From Prasinococcaceae sp. CCMP 1430 (Eukaryota > Plantae > Prasinodermophyta): a stretch of 63,941 nt of DNA. The notes below the pieces were generated by a model. The model did not search any database. It was not told the DNA's origin and saw only the letters and a list, made by a program, of their open reading frames with translations. The position numbers and the translations under genes are program-made. The stretch covers positions 12,626 through 76,566 of the forward strand of contig RQSC01000808.1 of assembly GCA_013416795.1 (NCBI GenBank), written 5' to 3'. Shown in pieces: positions 39,991-51,373 of the stretch (position 1 is its first letter; each line of letters begins with the position of its first letter).

Positions 39991-41213
39991 CCGGGCCGCG
40001 AGCAGCGCCGCGGCGTGCGCGGCCGGTGGCGGCGGTGGCGGCGGTGGGAGGCGAGGCAGAGCCGTGGAGCGTCGCAGGTAGGTGGTGCGTTGTGACGGGG
40101 GCAAACACGGGCATCGGCAAAGAGGTGGCGCGTGGGTTGGTTCGTGAGGGCGCCAAAGTGGTCCTCGCGTGCCGCGATGCCGACAAGGCCGCAGCGGCTG
40201 CAGCGGAGCTCGCGGCGATGCCCGGTGCCGACGAAGTCGAGACCGCCGTGCTCGACGTCGCGTCCCCAGCAAGCGTGCGCGCCTTCGCGAAGAGCTTTCG
40301 ATCCTCGGGTCGTGAGCTGCTCTTGCTCGTCAACAACGCGGGCATCATGGGGCAGCTGCCGGAGCTGAGCATGCCTTTCGCGAAGAACACGTTCCCCTAC
40401 CATTTTGATGCCGAGGCGTACGAGCGCATGCGCGAGTACGACCCGGCGCTGTGCACCAACTATCTCGGGCCGTTTCTGCTCACGTACGAGCTGTTGCTGT
40501 CGCCGGGGGCGGCGGAGTATTGTCACCCCCGGGCGCGCGTGGTCAACGTCGCGAGCGACGCGCACTACCGCGGCGAGGTGCGCTTTGAGGGCGGAAGGCT
40601 CGTCACGACGCAGCAGTGGTCGGGGCAGCTGGGCAAGTTCAAGGACGACTGGTACGCGGCGTACGCGCGCTCGAAACTGTGTCAGATGCTCTCGACCGTC
40701 GTCTTCAACCAAAAGATGGTCGAGGCCGGGCGGAGCTGCTGCGCGCTCGCCGTGTCGCCCGGTCGCACCAGGACAGAGCTTATGCGCCACGTCGACGACC
40801 ATCGCTCCGGCATTCTCGGCGCGCTCGCGCCGTTTGCCAAGAGCTTCCAGCCGGTGGAGAAGGGCGCCGAGACGGTCGTCTGGGCGTGCGTTGGAGCCGA
40901 GCTCTGCGCGGATGGCCCGGAGATGACCCACTACCTCGAAAACATGGACGAGGGCTGGGCGGCTGAGGAGGCTGGCGACCTCGAGGTCGGCCAGAAGCTG
41001 TGGGACTGGTCGTGCAAGCTGATGGGCATCAATTTCGAATTCGCGGCGACCGAAAGCGGCGATGCCGGGCTGCGCGACCCGCGCACGGGCCTCTTTTTCG
41101 ACCCCAGCGCACCGCGCGGCGAGGCGGCCGCCGCGGAGTACGTACCCATCGACTGGGCGGCGATGAATGACGACTCCCAAGAAGACGGCGTCATCGACGC
41201 GAGCGTGCGGTAG
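39991..41213 (+). CDS. Short-chain dehydrogenase/reductase, RDH12/WWOX/TIC32-like; 5' end in the gap
   Basis: VVTGANTGIGKEVARGL, LLVNNAGIM, TNYLGPFLLT, RVVNVASDAH, YARSK (YxxxK), AVSPG, EKGAETVVW. Confidence 0.9.
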
Positions 41214-41384
41214 CAGCGCATCGGCGCCCTCCTCTGCCCGCCCCCGGTAATTATTTTCTGCGGCTGCGTTACAGCGTGCGTTGCTCACCGCCGTGCGGGG
41301 CGCGTTCAGTCGTCGCACGCGCCACGATTCTCCGGTGAGTGACTCACGGTACGACTGCGCTCCAACTCACGCACGACGTGCTGC

Positions 41385-42420
41385 TCACGCCAGCATCTTG
41401 CCGTAAGAATCGCGCAGCTTGCCATTGGTGGCCAGCACCCTCCGCGCCATGAGGTCGAAGTCTCCGCCGTCAATGTCCGACACGGCGCCGCCGGCCTCCT
41501 CGACGACCACCGCGGCGGCCGCGCAGTCCCACGGGCCGCCGAAGCCGTCCTCGTAAAAGGCATCGAGGCGGCCGCACGCGACACCCACCATGTTCATCGC
41601 GCACGAGCCAGAGCAGCGCAGGGAGCGCGAGCTCTCGCACACGGCGCGCACGCGGCGCATGATGTTGTCCATCGTCGCGACGTCGCGACTCGTCCCGATC
41701 TCGGTGGCCACCAGGGCTTTCTTTGGCGTGTCGGTCGACGACACAGAGATGCGCTCGCCGTTCAGAAAGGCGCCCTGGCCGCGCTGCGCGTGGAACGTCT
41801 CCTGTAGCAATCGACGCCGCGCGCGCGCGTAGAGGCACGGGTTAGCGCTCTTGCGCGCCCGCGCGCTTCGCGGTGGGATGTGTCCCTGAGGGATCGTCGC
41901 TCGCGATGCGCGGCTCCCTCACCTTCAGGATGGGGTTGTGCACCACGCCGACCACCGCCTTCTTGTCCACCGCGAGCCCAACGCACACGCACGAGAACGG
42001 GAAGCGGTGGACGAAGTTGGTGGTGCCATCGAGCGGATCGACCATCCACGTGGGCGCGTCGGTCAGCTCGGGGGTGCCGCCCGTAGCGGACTCCTCCTCT
42101 CCGATGAAGCAGTGCGAGGGGAACTCGGCGCGCAGGCGCCCCAGGATGAGCTCCTCGCAAGCTTTGTCCGTTTCCGTGACGAGGTCCACATCGCCCTTGT
42201 GCTCAACATTGCGCTCGCCTTCCCAGCCCTTGGCGATGAGCTCGCCGGCGGCCGTGGCCACCTCGAGGGCAACTGAGAGGCATTTCGCGAGCTCGTCGTC
42301 ACTGAGCGTCGCCGTGCCGCCCGCCATCGCCTCTGCCGCGACACAGTGCCGCCGTCCTCCGTGGCCGCTGCCGCTGCGAAAGGCCGAGCTTGCCGCTGCC
42401 GCCGCCGCGCGGCACGCCAT
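41385..42420 (-). CDS. Inositol monophosphatase / L-galactose-1-phosphate phosphatase (VTC4-like)
   Basis: Exons 42420-41923 and 41801-41385 (intron 41802-41922, GTGAG..CAG). Motifs DLVTETDKACE, WMVDPLDGTTNFVH, RCSGSCAMNMVGVACGRLD, PWDCAA. A second in-frame ATG sits at 42327. Confidence 0.92.
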
Positions 42421-43019
42421 CCTTGTTCGGTGAGGCGGTGCGCGCGCCGGGCTGCGCCGAGTGGCGCGAGTGGTCGTTCGTGATCGACCGATACGGCGAT
42501 CACGGAGCGCTCTGTCTGGGGCAGACCACTCCCCCCGGGCACGTCCCCTCCGCTCTCGTGCCCGCAGTCACCGCGCTGGCCCCAAACCGTAATTCGTGAG
42601 GCCGCCAGCGCGCGGCGCGCTGTGGCGCACCCACGAATTAGGGTAAATTCACGTCCTTAGAGGGTCCACAAGAAGGCCGCAAACACATGCGCTCTGATGG
42701 GGCGCCCGCCGCGCTCCGCGCGCGGCTCCGCGCCGCGCGGGTTGAGGTTCCGCGGCCGTCGCGATTTCACCGGGCAGATATTTGCGCTCTTTTCAGCACC
42801 TGCAGAGGTCAGCTCGGGTGCTCGTGCAACGATACCAATATCGATGGTTCAGCCGCAGCCGCGACGGGCGCGCATTACACAGTAAGCCATCGCCGGCCCG
42901 TGCCGAGGGGGGCCACAGCGCACGCGCGCGGGACTGCGCGCCCGGGCGCCCGCCGCGCCGCTGCTCTGCGCCTGCGCGACCAGCTTGTAGTCGGCCGCCG
43001 GCTGCAGGGCCGGCGAGAC

Positions 43020-43067
43020 GTCGCTGGCCACCAGCTTGGCCTGCTGCGACCACGACGTCCCGTCGCG
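43020..43067 (-). pseudogene. Isolated FG-GAP_2 repeat relic (RDGTSWSQQAKLVASD)
   Basis: The 16-aa stretch matches the recalled FG-GAP_2 signature, but the flanking repeat sequence is absent. Confidence 0.4.
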
Positions 43068-43678
43068 CAAGAACCGGAGGCGCGGGCGGGCGCGCACCTT
43101 CACTCACCCACGACCCGACGCGCCGGCACGCACGCCCGGCGCTGTGGCGGGGGCACATGCGCGCGCGCGTGCACCCCCACGCACGGCGGCCCCAACAGCC
43201 TCGTGCACGCTCGTGCGGATCGCGTTAGGGCTACCGCGTACAGTATGGGTTCGGTTTCGGGCCAGGGTCCGGATTTAGGGGTACTGTGTCTAGCTAGAGG
43301 CGCTCTGCCGCCAAGACGAGTGCCGCAGCAGCGAGCGCGTCGCACCACTTGGGCACCGCGCATGGCAACCTCGCGAAGAAGACCTACGCGGCTGCGCGGC
43401 AGCATTGAGCTGAGCTCGCTCCTGGCACTCCCGTTGGCCGGCCGCGCAAGCCATGCTCTCCTACGATCGCATGCATATCTTCATGGACTCGCACGCGCGC
43501 TCCACACATGAGAAAGGCAATCGCTGTGGGATTTACACCTCGCGTCAAAGAGGGCCCTCATCCGCACGTCTGCGACCGGGCGGCCCCGCTGGCACGTGCC
43601 CACCGGCGACGGCGCGAGGACGACGTTTGTCGCGCCCGATCGCTCAATGTAAGGGCCAAGCAGACCCATGCGGGCGAA

Positions 43679-45374
43679 TCATTGCAACACCTTCCTCGCC
43701 GCGCGGCGTGTGTGCTTCCCAACGCCCTCGCCGTGTGCGAGCTCATGCGTTCGCTCGGGATCGTGCCCATGCTCGGCCTCCCTCATCCCCCCCGACTGCT
43801 GCTGCTGCTGGTGCTCCTGCTCGTGCGTTCGCGTCACCTGCGCGTGCGCCGCGTCGAGCTCGGCGAGCCCCTCCTCAAAGGCAATGAGATCGGCGATGGA
43901 CGCACGATCAGCTGCCTTGCGCGCCGCGCGGAGGCGCCGCTGCGCCCGCAGCTGCGCGAGCGCGCCTCCCCCATCCTCCCGCCTCGAATTGCGCGCGCCT
44001 GCCCCCTCCGCGTCAGCGGCGGCCTGCTGCACTAGGCTGCGCCTGTTGCCGCCCTCCCCCCCCGCCGTTTGGTCCCCCCAGAAGAGCATCTCGTAGTCGT
44101 AGCCGTCGTCGTTGAGCTGAAAATACAGGTCGTTGTCGAAGCGAGCCAGATCGTTGAAGTTGGACTGCTCCTTGCCCATCTGCCAGTCGCGCGACCAATC
44201 GTGGAATTCGTCCAGTTCATCGGGGTCGTTGAAGTCCGGCCAGAACTGGTTGTCTTCGAGGACCATCTCGAAGTCGTCGTCGTCGAACGCCCACTCGTTG
44301 TAGGGCGCACTCCCCTGCCTGAGCGCGTACGGGACCACGCCAGGCGCTAGACCCGACTCGGCCTCGAAGTAGGACAGATAGTCCCAGTCGTCGTATGGCA
44401 TGATGTAGTCGAACTCGAAGTCATGGATCTTGAGATCGGAAGCCTCCTTCCAAAAGTAGTCCTGGTCCTCTCCGAAGTACGTCTCCGCGTAGTCCTTCCA
44501 GAAGTCCTCGTCCCAGCTCCACTCGTCGGCGAAGTCTTCCTCTAGCTCATCGTCCCACCACTGTCCATACGAGTAGTATTCATCGTAGTAGTAGCTGTCG
44601 TCGTAGCTGTTGTACTGGTACCCGTAGTAGTCGTAGTAGTACGACGTGCCGAACCACGCCTGCCCCATCGCCTGAAAGCCGCTGGCAAACGTCGAAGCCG
44701 CGGGCGCCACTGTCTGGCCGACCTTGTACGCTGCGTCATTGAGCGTCTTCACAGCGCCGTTCGACTGCACCGTCTCGCCCACGCTGTACGCGACGCTGTT
44801 CATGGCGGTGGCCTAAGAGTGGGAGGCGGGTTGGGTTTGGGGGGTGGGTTTGGGGATGGGGGTCGAAAGGGTGGTCAGCTGCGCGCGCGCGCGCGGGGAC
44901 TTCGACGAGCGATCGATTTCCGCCTCCTTGGCGCCGCTCCGATGCCGGCGCGCGCGCCCTGGCGCGGGGGCCACCGCCACCAGAGGCCACGGCGCATCGG
45001 CACGCCGGAGTCGCCGGCCGTGCAAGGTACCCTAACTCGCGCGCACCGTGCTGAGCGCCGCGTGGCACCCGCGCCGCCGTCGCGGGCACTGTCACGCCCT
45101 CCCTAACCCGGGGCGCCCATGCGCCCGGATGCTCCGCACGAGCAGCGTGCCAGTGGCAGCGGCGACGCCGGCGCGCGCGCCACGCCGCCCGCACCTTATC
45201 GGAGATGTACGCGTGCGCCTTGCGCACGTGCTCGATCTCCCAAAGCATCTCCGAGTAGTACGCCCCCAGCGCTATGACCACGACGAGGATGAGCCCGACG
45301 AGCGCGGTCTTCTGCGTCTGCGACAGGCGCGCGCGGCGCTTCGCCTTCAGGCGCGGATCCGAGTCCGACGCCAT
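43679..45374 (-). CDS. Unknown type II membrane protein with an extremely Tyr/Asp/Trp/Glu-rich lumenal domain
   Basis: Exon 45374-45195 (MASDSDPRLKAKRRARL..TALVGLILVVVIALGAYY..K, donor GTGCG) splices in phase 0 to exon 44812-43679 (acceptor TTAG). Contains YYYDYYGYQYNSYDDSYYYDEYYSYGQWWDDELEEDFADEWSWDEDFWKDY. Confidence 0.72.
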
Positions 45375-46611
45375 CGCGCGCGCTCGGTCCCGCCCCGCCC
45401 CTCCCCCGCTCCGTGCGCCTCTGCCCCCGCCCCGCGCCGCCCGCCGCGGTTCGCCGCGCCCGGCACACCGCGCGCTCGCCCGCGGCGCGGCGGGGTCGCA
45501 CCGCCCGGGCGCGCCAATTCCCCCGTCGCGCAATTTCCCGCGTTTCGCTCCGTCGCGAACCATCTCGCCGCACCCGTCCGGCCCCGATTACGCCCCGGCG
45601 CGTTCCGTCAAACCGCACAGCGGAGAGGGAGAGAGAGAGGAAGCTCCGACCTTCGCTCCCTCCGCCCCCTCCTCGCCCCGCGCGGCGCGCGCGCGCGCTC
45701 GGGGAACCGGCCCATCCCATCCCATCCATACGAAATGATCTGGCGCAGGTCAAAACGAATGCGAAGGGCACGCACCGGCGACGAACGGGCACAGTCAACG
45801 GACCTTCAAATGAAAAAATAGTGAATGCAAAAACATCTACATTACGGATCAAATGATCGCGTGCCGCAAAACTACCGCAAAACCCGCAAAACAGAAGGGA
45901 GATCAAAACGCACGCCCTTCGGGCGGAGCGGCTGGGGGGGGGGGGGCCCGGCCGGGCCGCAGAACGCGTGCGCGCACTTCGACCTGCACTTCGAACGGGC
46001 CTCAAAAACCATTCGGGTTGTAATTAGGGTCAGGGTTACTACAGTACATACCTCGTTTTTCTTTTCTTTTGAGGGAGACATTCGAACCATCCTTCTTTTC
46101 AATCGGCCACGGCACTTTTTTTTTTTTTTTAAATTTTTGGCACCCCCTTCCTTCCCGAGGCACGTGCGCGCAGGCACGTCGAAACGCAGGCGTTGGCGTT
46201 TGCCCCTGGTCGCGCGCGCGGGGCGCCCCTGGTCGCGCGCGCGGGGTGTGGGGGCGCAGCGAGCGAGAGCGCCGCCGCCGGCGCTGCGGCGGCGGCGGCG
46301 CGCAGCGCAAGGGGGCGACGAGAGTGTGCTGCGGATGGCGTTACCCGGTGGGTGGGGAGCTAGAGAGGACCAGCCGCAGCCCGGGGCGGGCGGGGGGAAG
46401 GGATGAAGTGTCGGGGGCGGAGGAGGGGGGAGCAGGCAGACGCCAGCGCCGGCGTCCCATGCCCACTGCCTCGCTCCGCCTCGCGCGCCAGGCGACGCCC
46501 GCGCCAGGCGACGCCCGCGCCAGGTGTACCACCTGTGGGGATGCCCCCCCATCCCCCCTCCCGCCCCTCGCGCCCCCGTGCGCGCTGCAGGTCAGCAGAG
46601 AGGGGGGGCGC

Positions 46612-47258
46612 CTACTTCTTGCCCTTCTTCTTCTTGCCGGCGCCGCTGTTCTTGGGGTTCTCCGGCGCGTCGTTCCACAGCGTGGCGACCTTGGCGAACA
46701 CGTCGTTCTGGTTCATGCCGGGGTTCTGCATGCGGATCTGCTTGGTGTGCGCCTTCACGAACAGGTTGTACGCGGTCGGCTGCGCAGGTGTGCGTGTACG
46801 AGGGGGCGGGGTTGTCGCGCGAGCGGGGGCGTCAGGAATCGTCGCGAAAGCCTTGAGGGGCGCGCGCGCGTGGCCGTGGGCGCCCGCGGTCGGCGAGCGC
46901 CGGCGAGGCCCAGCGGGCTGAAATTCAAACGGGGAGAGGGGAGGGCGCCTGACCGTGCGGGGCCAAGCACGCAGTGCTCAGCCGGCCGGTCGGCCGGCCG
47001 CCCGTTCGCGCTGGCAGCGGCGACATCGATCGTGGTGCCTTCCCCCCCGCTGCCTATCTCCCTGCCCTCCCTCCCCCCCAACGCGCGCCCGCGCGCCCGC
47101 ACCTCGCGCTTCTTGCGCGGCACGACGACGACGTCCTTGTCGCCGCGCTTGCGCTTGTCGCCCGCCGCGCCGCCCTCGGCCTCGAGCTGGTCGGCAATCC
47201 TCGTGAAGGCCGCGGCGAGCTCCGTGCTGATGATCTTCCACGTCTCGGCGTCCGACAT
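46612..47258 (-). CDS. Small basic HMG-box/YABBY-like DNA-binding protein (~107 aa)
   Basis: Exons 47258-47103 and 46779-46612 join as RKKRE|PTAYNLFVKAHTKQIRMQNPGMNQNDVFAKVATLWNDAPENPKN..KKKGKK*. Confidence 0.85.
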
Positions 47259-47895
47259 GGCGGCGGAGTGCGAGCGGAAAGGGGGGGAGGCGAGGGGGGG
47301 CGGGGGCGCTCGGTCTGTGCGCCTGCGCAGGGTGTGGCGCCCGCGCTCGCCCTCCCCCCACCGCCTCCCCCCGAAAGCGAAAGCGACGCCCACGCAGCAA
47401 AAAAAAAAAAACGGCGTGCGAAACAGAATCACTCCGCACTTTGTGATGTCCATATGAAAATGCATTTCGTCGTAATCCGCGGAAACGATTCGACGGCACT
47501 CCGACCGCACCGGCGCCGCGGTTGAAACGCAGACGCGCTCCTGATCACACCAAGGGGAAAAAAAAAAACCGACGGGCGTTCCGCCGAGTCACTGCTGACA
47601 TCGATTGCTGACTGACAGTGGGACGGCAAGCGCTGACCCCAGGCAGCTCGCGGTCCTGACCAGGTCACGACACGCCCGGGCTGGCGCCGGCCGCCAGCGA
47701 GGCTCTCGTTGCGGCGGGGGCTCGTCGGCAGTGCGACGGGCGATTCGAGGGTCACAGAGGGACGCGCGCACGGCTTACCGCGAGCGGGCGAGGGCGTGGC
47801 GCGCGCAGCTGGGCGTGTGGCAGCTCCGCGAACGCGTGCGCGCCGCGCTGGCCCGGTCGGCCGTCCACCCCCATCCCCGGCCCCCAAAGCAAGGC

Positions 47896-50541
47896 TCACT
47901 TGATGAGCTTGGCGAGCCACGGCAGCTCCTTGTCGGCTCGCGCCGCGAGCCCCAGGTCGGCGATGGACACGTTGAGCCCCACCTTGGCCCGCGCATGCCG
48001 CCTGTCGCCGTTCTCCAGCAGCAGCAGCCGTGAGGCGCCCATGCGCTGGACGGCGGCGTGCAGCGCGCCCGAACCGGCCGGAGGCAGCGGCAGCGCGTGC
48101 GCCTTGCACAGCTCGGCATGCGAGCGCAGCACGGTGCCGACCTCCGTCTCTTGCACGCCCGCTCGTTGCGTCTCTCTCGCGACAGCCGCCATGAGCACTC
48201 GCTCGTGCAGGGAGAGCGACATCACGGACTTCACGGCCGCGCCCTCGAACATCTCCTTCACGGCGGCATTCACGTCCTTGATGGTGGCCATCTCGCCGCC
48301 GCGCTCCTCGGTGCACTCGGCCGCGCGACGGCACATCTCCAGCGCGCGTCGCACGTCGCCGCTCACGGCTGCCACCTTGCGGCTAGCGAAGTCCACCGCC
48401 TCGGGCGCGAACGCGCCCTCGCACGCGCCGAGGCGCGCGCGCACGATCTGCTCGATCTGCTCGCGCACGTAGGGCTGGAAGGGCGTGCGGCGCAGCCCCG
48501 CGCGGCTGAGGATGCGCGGGAGCAGGCGCTCGGGAAGGTCCATGGTGTTCGCGATGCCGATCACCGCGAGGCGAGGCACGCCCTTGCGCGGCGCCGCCAG
48601 GGACCACTCGAAGAGGTTGTACAGCACCTCCTGGCGGCGCGTCACCAGCGAGTCGAGCTCGTCGACGACGAGGAGCGTCGCGGGCGCGGCCGTCGCGTCG
48701 GCTCCCCGGCCCGTGCCGCCGGCCTTGCCGCGCTTGGCCGAGCCCGCCGCCCAAGCGCCGCCCGCCGCCGGCGTGAAGCGCTCCTGCAGCAGGTCGAGCG
48801 CCTGCGAGGGCCCCACGTAGTGGCCGTGCAGTGCCTCGTAGATCGAGCTGTACGCGTGTTGGGGCGATGGCAGCCGCAGGCCGTTGATCATCACCAGCTG
48901 GAAGGGCGCCTGGTTGGCCTCCTTTGCCTCCTTCCTGGCGGCGCGCATGACCTCCATGACCGTGGCGGTCTTGCCGGTGCCGGGCACGCCCGAAATGTAC
49001 AGGCAGCGCCCCGCACCCGCGCCCGCGCCCGCTCCCACTATGCCCTTGACGAACGAATGCACCGCCTCGCGCTCCTTCTCGCGACACGGCAGGCTCGCGG
49101 GCAGGGCGGCGAGCTGCAGCATCTCCCTCGCGCGCTGCAGGGGCGTGCGCTTGCGGTCCCGCACCCACTGCGGGATGGCCTGCGCGCCCATGCCGTACAC
49201 GCACGACGCGGCACCCGCCGCCTCGGCGTCCTCGAAGCCCATCGCGCGTCGCGCGGAGGCGCCCGCGCGACCGTTGGCGGCGCGCGCGCTCGCCTTGCTG
49301 CGCGAGCCGCCCGCGCCACCCTTGGCGCTCGCGCCCTTCCCACTGCCCTTGCGGCCGACGCGCTTGCCCGTGCCGCCAGCCAGGGCGCGCTCGCGGCGCC
49401 TCTCCATGCGCGGATCGAACGCGCGCGCGTCCTCATCGCCCTCGTCGTCGTCGTCGCTCCCCGCCCAGTCGTCGTCGGAGGCGTCCTCGGCGTCGCTCCA
49501 CTCCTCGCGCTCGCCCTCCGCCCTGCGTCTGAAGCGCTGCCAGCCGGCGTCATAGTCGTACTCGCACATGTACACATCGTCCTTGTTGACGCGCGCGTAC
49601 ATCTCGAGCTCCGCGGTGGCGTCCCCGATCGCGTGGTTGTTGGCCATCGCCTGGAAGGCGGCCCGCCCGAGCACGCACGCGACGCCCGTCGCGCTGGCGA
49701 CCTCCTGTGCGTCGACGTGGTTGGAAAGGAAGACCTCGCGCCGGCCGTGGTGCGGCTGGCGGCCGGGGCCCGTGTGCTCGGGCTTGTAGAACCAGCGCCC
49801 GCTGAACATCTCGGTACCATCGGCCTCGCGCCAGATGGCCTCGATGCGCGCAAGCTCGTACTGGTGCGCGAGGAACTTCTCGCGCGGCGTGCGCGCGCAG
49901 CCGCGTCCGCCGCCGGCGGCCTTTGCGTCGGCGCAGGCGGAGGCGCCCGCACGGGCGGCGGCCTCGCCGTCCCCGACTTTGACGCTCCCCACGCACTTGG
50001 GGCAGAACCAGTCGCCCTCGGGCACGCGCGTGAGCTTCGGGCGCAGGCAGTCCAGGTGGTAGCCACCCAGGCAGCCGTCGCACTCGAGCATGACGTCCTT
50101 GCCGGGCGCGTCGCATGCGAGGCCGCACACCTCGCAGAGGTCCTCCGCCTCGTCCTCGGCGACGTCGCCGTCCATGCTCACGTACACAACGTCGCCGATG
50201 CGCACTTTGGTCTCCCAGCCGTCGCTCAGCGCCACCTGGCGGAGCGCGACACGCTTGGGGCCGCGAGGCGCCGGCGCCTTTCCCCTTGCCTTGCCCTTGC
50301 CGTTGGCGATCGCCTTGCGAGCCTGCTTGGCCTTGGGTGTGGGAGGGGCCTTGGGCGAGGGAGAGGCGCTCGGCTCGTCATCATCCTCGTCCGAACTTCC
50401 TGCATCCCCAGCGTCGAGCTCCTCAACGGCATCCTCGAACTGGTCGTCGCTCTCGGAGTCGCCGCGCGCGGTGGCGGCGGCGGCGGCCTTGGCGGCGCGC
50501 GCCCTACCCCGTGCGGCGGCCGNCACGTCCGCAGCCGCCAC
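47896..50541 (-). CDS. ORC1: Origin recognition complex subunit 1, plant type (BAH with inserted PHD, AAA+, winged helix); ATG probably hidden at the N at 50523
   Basis: PHD CEVCG..MLECDGCLGGYHLDCL..W.CPKC; BAH GRWFYKPE..RREVFLS; LPCREKE; LYISGVPGTGKT; VDELD; YNLFEW; IGIANTMDLPE; GDVRRALEMCRRA. Confidence 0.95.
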   Translation of the reverse strand: MAAADVXAAARGRARAAKAAAAATARGDSESDDQFEDAVEELDAGDAGSSDEDDDEPSASPSPKAPPTPKAKQARKAIANGKGKARGKAPAPRGPKRVALRQVALSDGWETKVRIGDVVYVSMDGDVAEDEAEDLCEVCGLACDAPGKDVMLECDGCLGGYHLDCLRPKLTRVPEGDWFCPKCVGSVKVGDGEAAARAGASACADAKAAGGGRGCARTPREKFLAHQYELARIEAIWREADGTEMFSGRWFYKPEHTGPGRQPHHGRREVFLSNHVDAQEVASATGVACVLGRAAFQAMANNHAIGDATAELEMYARVNKDDVYMCEYDYDAGWQRFRRRAEGEREEWSDAEDASDDDWAGSDDDDEGDEDARAFDPRMERRRERALAGGTGKRVGRKGSGKGASAKGGAGGSRSKASARAANGRAGASARRAMGFEDAEAAGAASCVYGMGAQAIPQWVRDRKRTPLQRAREMLQLAALPASLPCREKEREAVHSFVKGIVGAGAGAGAGRCLYISGVPGTGKTATVMEVMRAARKEAKEANQAPFQLVMINGLRLPSPQHAYSSIYEALHGHYVGPSQALDLLQERFTPAAGGAWAAGSAKRGKAGGTGRGADATAAPATLLVVDELDSLVTRRQEVLYNLFEWSLAAPRKGVPRLAVIGIANTMDLPERLLPRILSRAGLRRTPFQPYVREQIEQIVRARLGACEGAFAPEAVDFASRKVAAVSGDVRRALEMCRRAAECTEERGGEMATIKDVNAAVKEMFEGAAVKSVMSLSLHERVLMAAVARETQRAGVQETEVGTVLRSHAELCKAHALPLPPAGSGALHAAVQRMGASRLLLLENGDRRHARAKVGLNVSIADLGLAARADKELPWLAKLIK

Positions 50542-50597
50542 GAGGCTAAGGTTTTCGCCCGCCCCGCGCGCGCGCGCCCGCGCGCGCCCCCCCGCCG

Positions 50598-50610
50598 TTT
50601 CCCGCCAAAA
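50598..50610. promoter_or_regulatory. Overlapping double E2F site TTTCCCGCCAAAA upstream of ORC1
   Basis: TTTCCCGC on + and TTTTGGCGG on -; ORC1 is an established E2F target. Confidence 0.65.
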
Positions 50611-50629
50611 TCCGGTTCGAGATCAATAC

Positions 50630-50638
50630 AAACCCTAA
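50630..50638 (+). promoter_or_regulatory. Telo-box AAACCCTAA upstream of ORC1
   Basis: Seen directly, 20 bp from the E2F site. Confidence 0.5.
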
Positions 50639-51373
50639 CTCACCAAAGCTCTAACCGTAAATCAAACCTGAACATGACGACCAACAACCTTTCAAGCTTT
50701 CAATACTATGGTGCGGCAACCGCATTGCAGGAGACCATATGCATGCCAAGCTGACACCCAACCACCAACACACCAACCAACCAACCACCCCGACCACCCG
50801 AGCCCCCGACCAACTGGCTTGGCAGGCTGGCCGGCTTTTTATCCGCGCTCTATCTGCTGAGCGCAGATCGTTATCCGGCCGGGCGCCTGCGTGCAGCCCT
50901 GGCGGCCGCCGCCTCCGAGCCTCGGATGAAACGCTCGGTCGGTCGGGCACGCTGCGCCGCCGGCCGGACGAGCACACGCCCGCCACCATCACGTCATGCG
51001 GGGGCAAAAAAACGCTTCCGTGAGGCCGGGACAAAAAACGCTTCTGCGCGGCGTATCGGTTGTCTTCTGGGAAATTCTGCTGCCGGTCGCGTTGAATTTG
51101 ATACGGGACCCCACCCGCAGCGCAGAATAACGGGTTCCCCGAAGCAATAGTGTGGACGCGGCAGTTTACCACGTGGGGCGTGGGGCCCGACCGCTCGCGG
51201 GGAGGAGGGACGCGGCGGTCGTTGCGTTCGCCGACGCGGTCGTTACGCCCAGCAGCAGCAACGGCCGCGCTGCGCGCGGGCTGCTGCGCGCGGCGCGGCG
51301 CCCGTCCGGCATCCACCGACCGACCGACGCGCACCTCGGCCGCCGCCCGTCGCGCCGAGAAGCCGAAAGCCGA

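Noticed and set aside
45900-46050. Telomere or interstitial telomeric array (TTAGGG-like words here and near 39521, 42638, 50630)
   Set aside because: Only isolated single units occur; they are better explained as telo-box promoter motifs.
47896-50541. PHD finger within ORC1 as a novelty
   Set aside because: A PHD inserted in the BAH domain is the established green-lineage ORC1 architecture.
50650-51373. ncRNA or coding gene upstream of the 414-N gap
   Set aside because: No recognisable RNA family motif or credible ORF from sequence alone.
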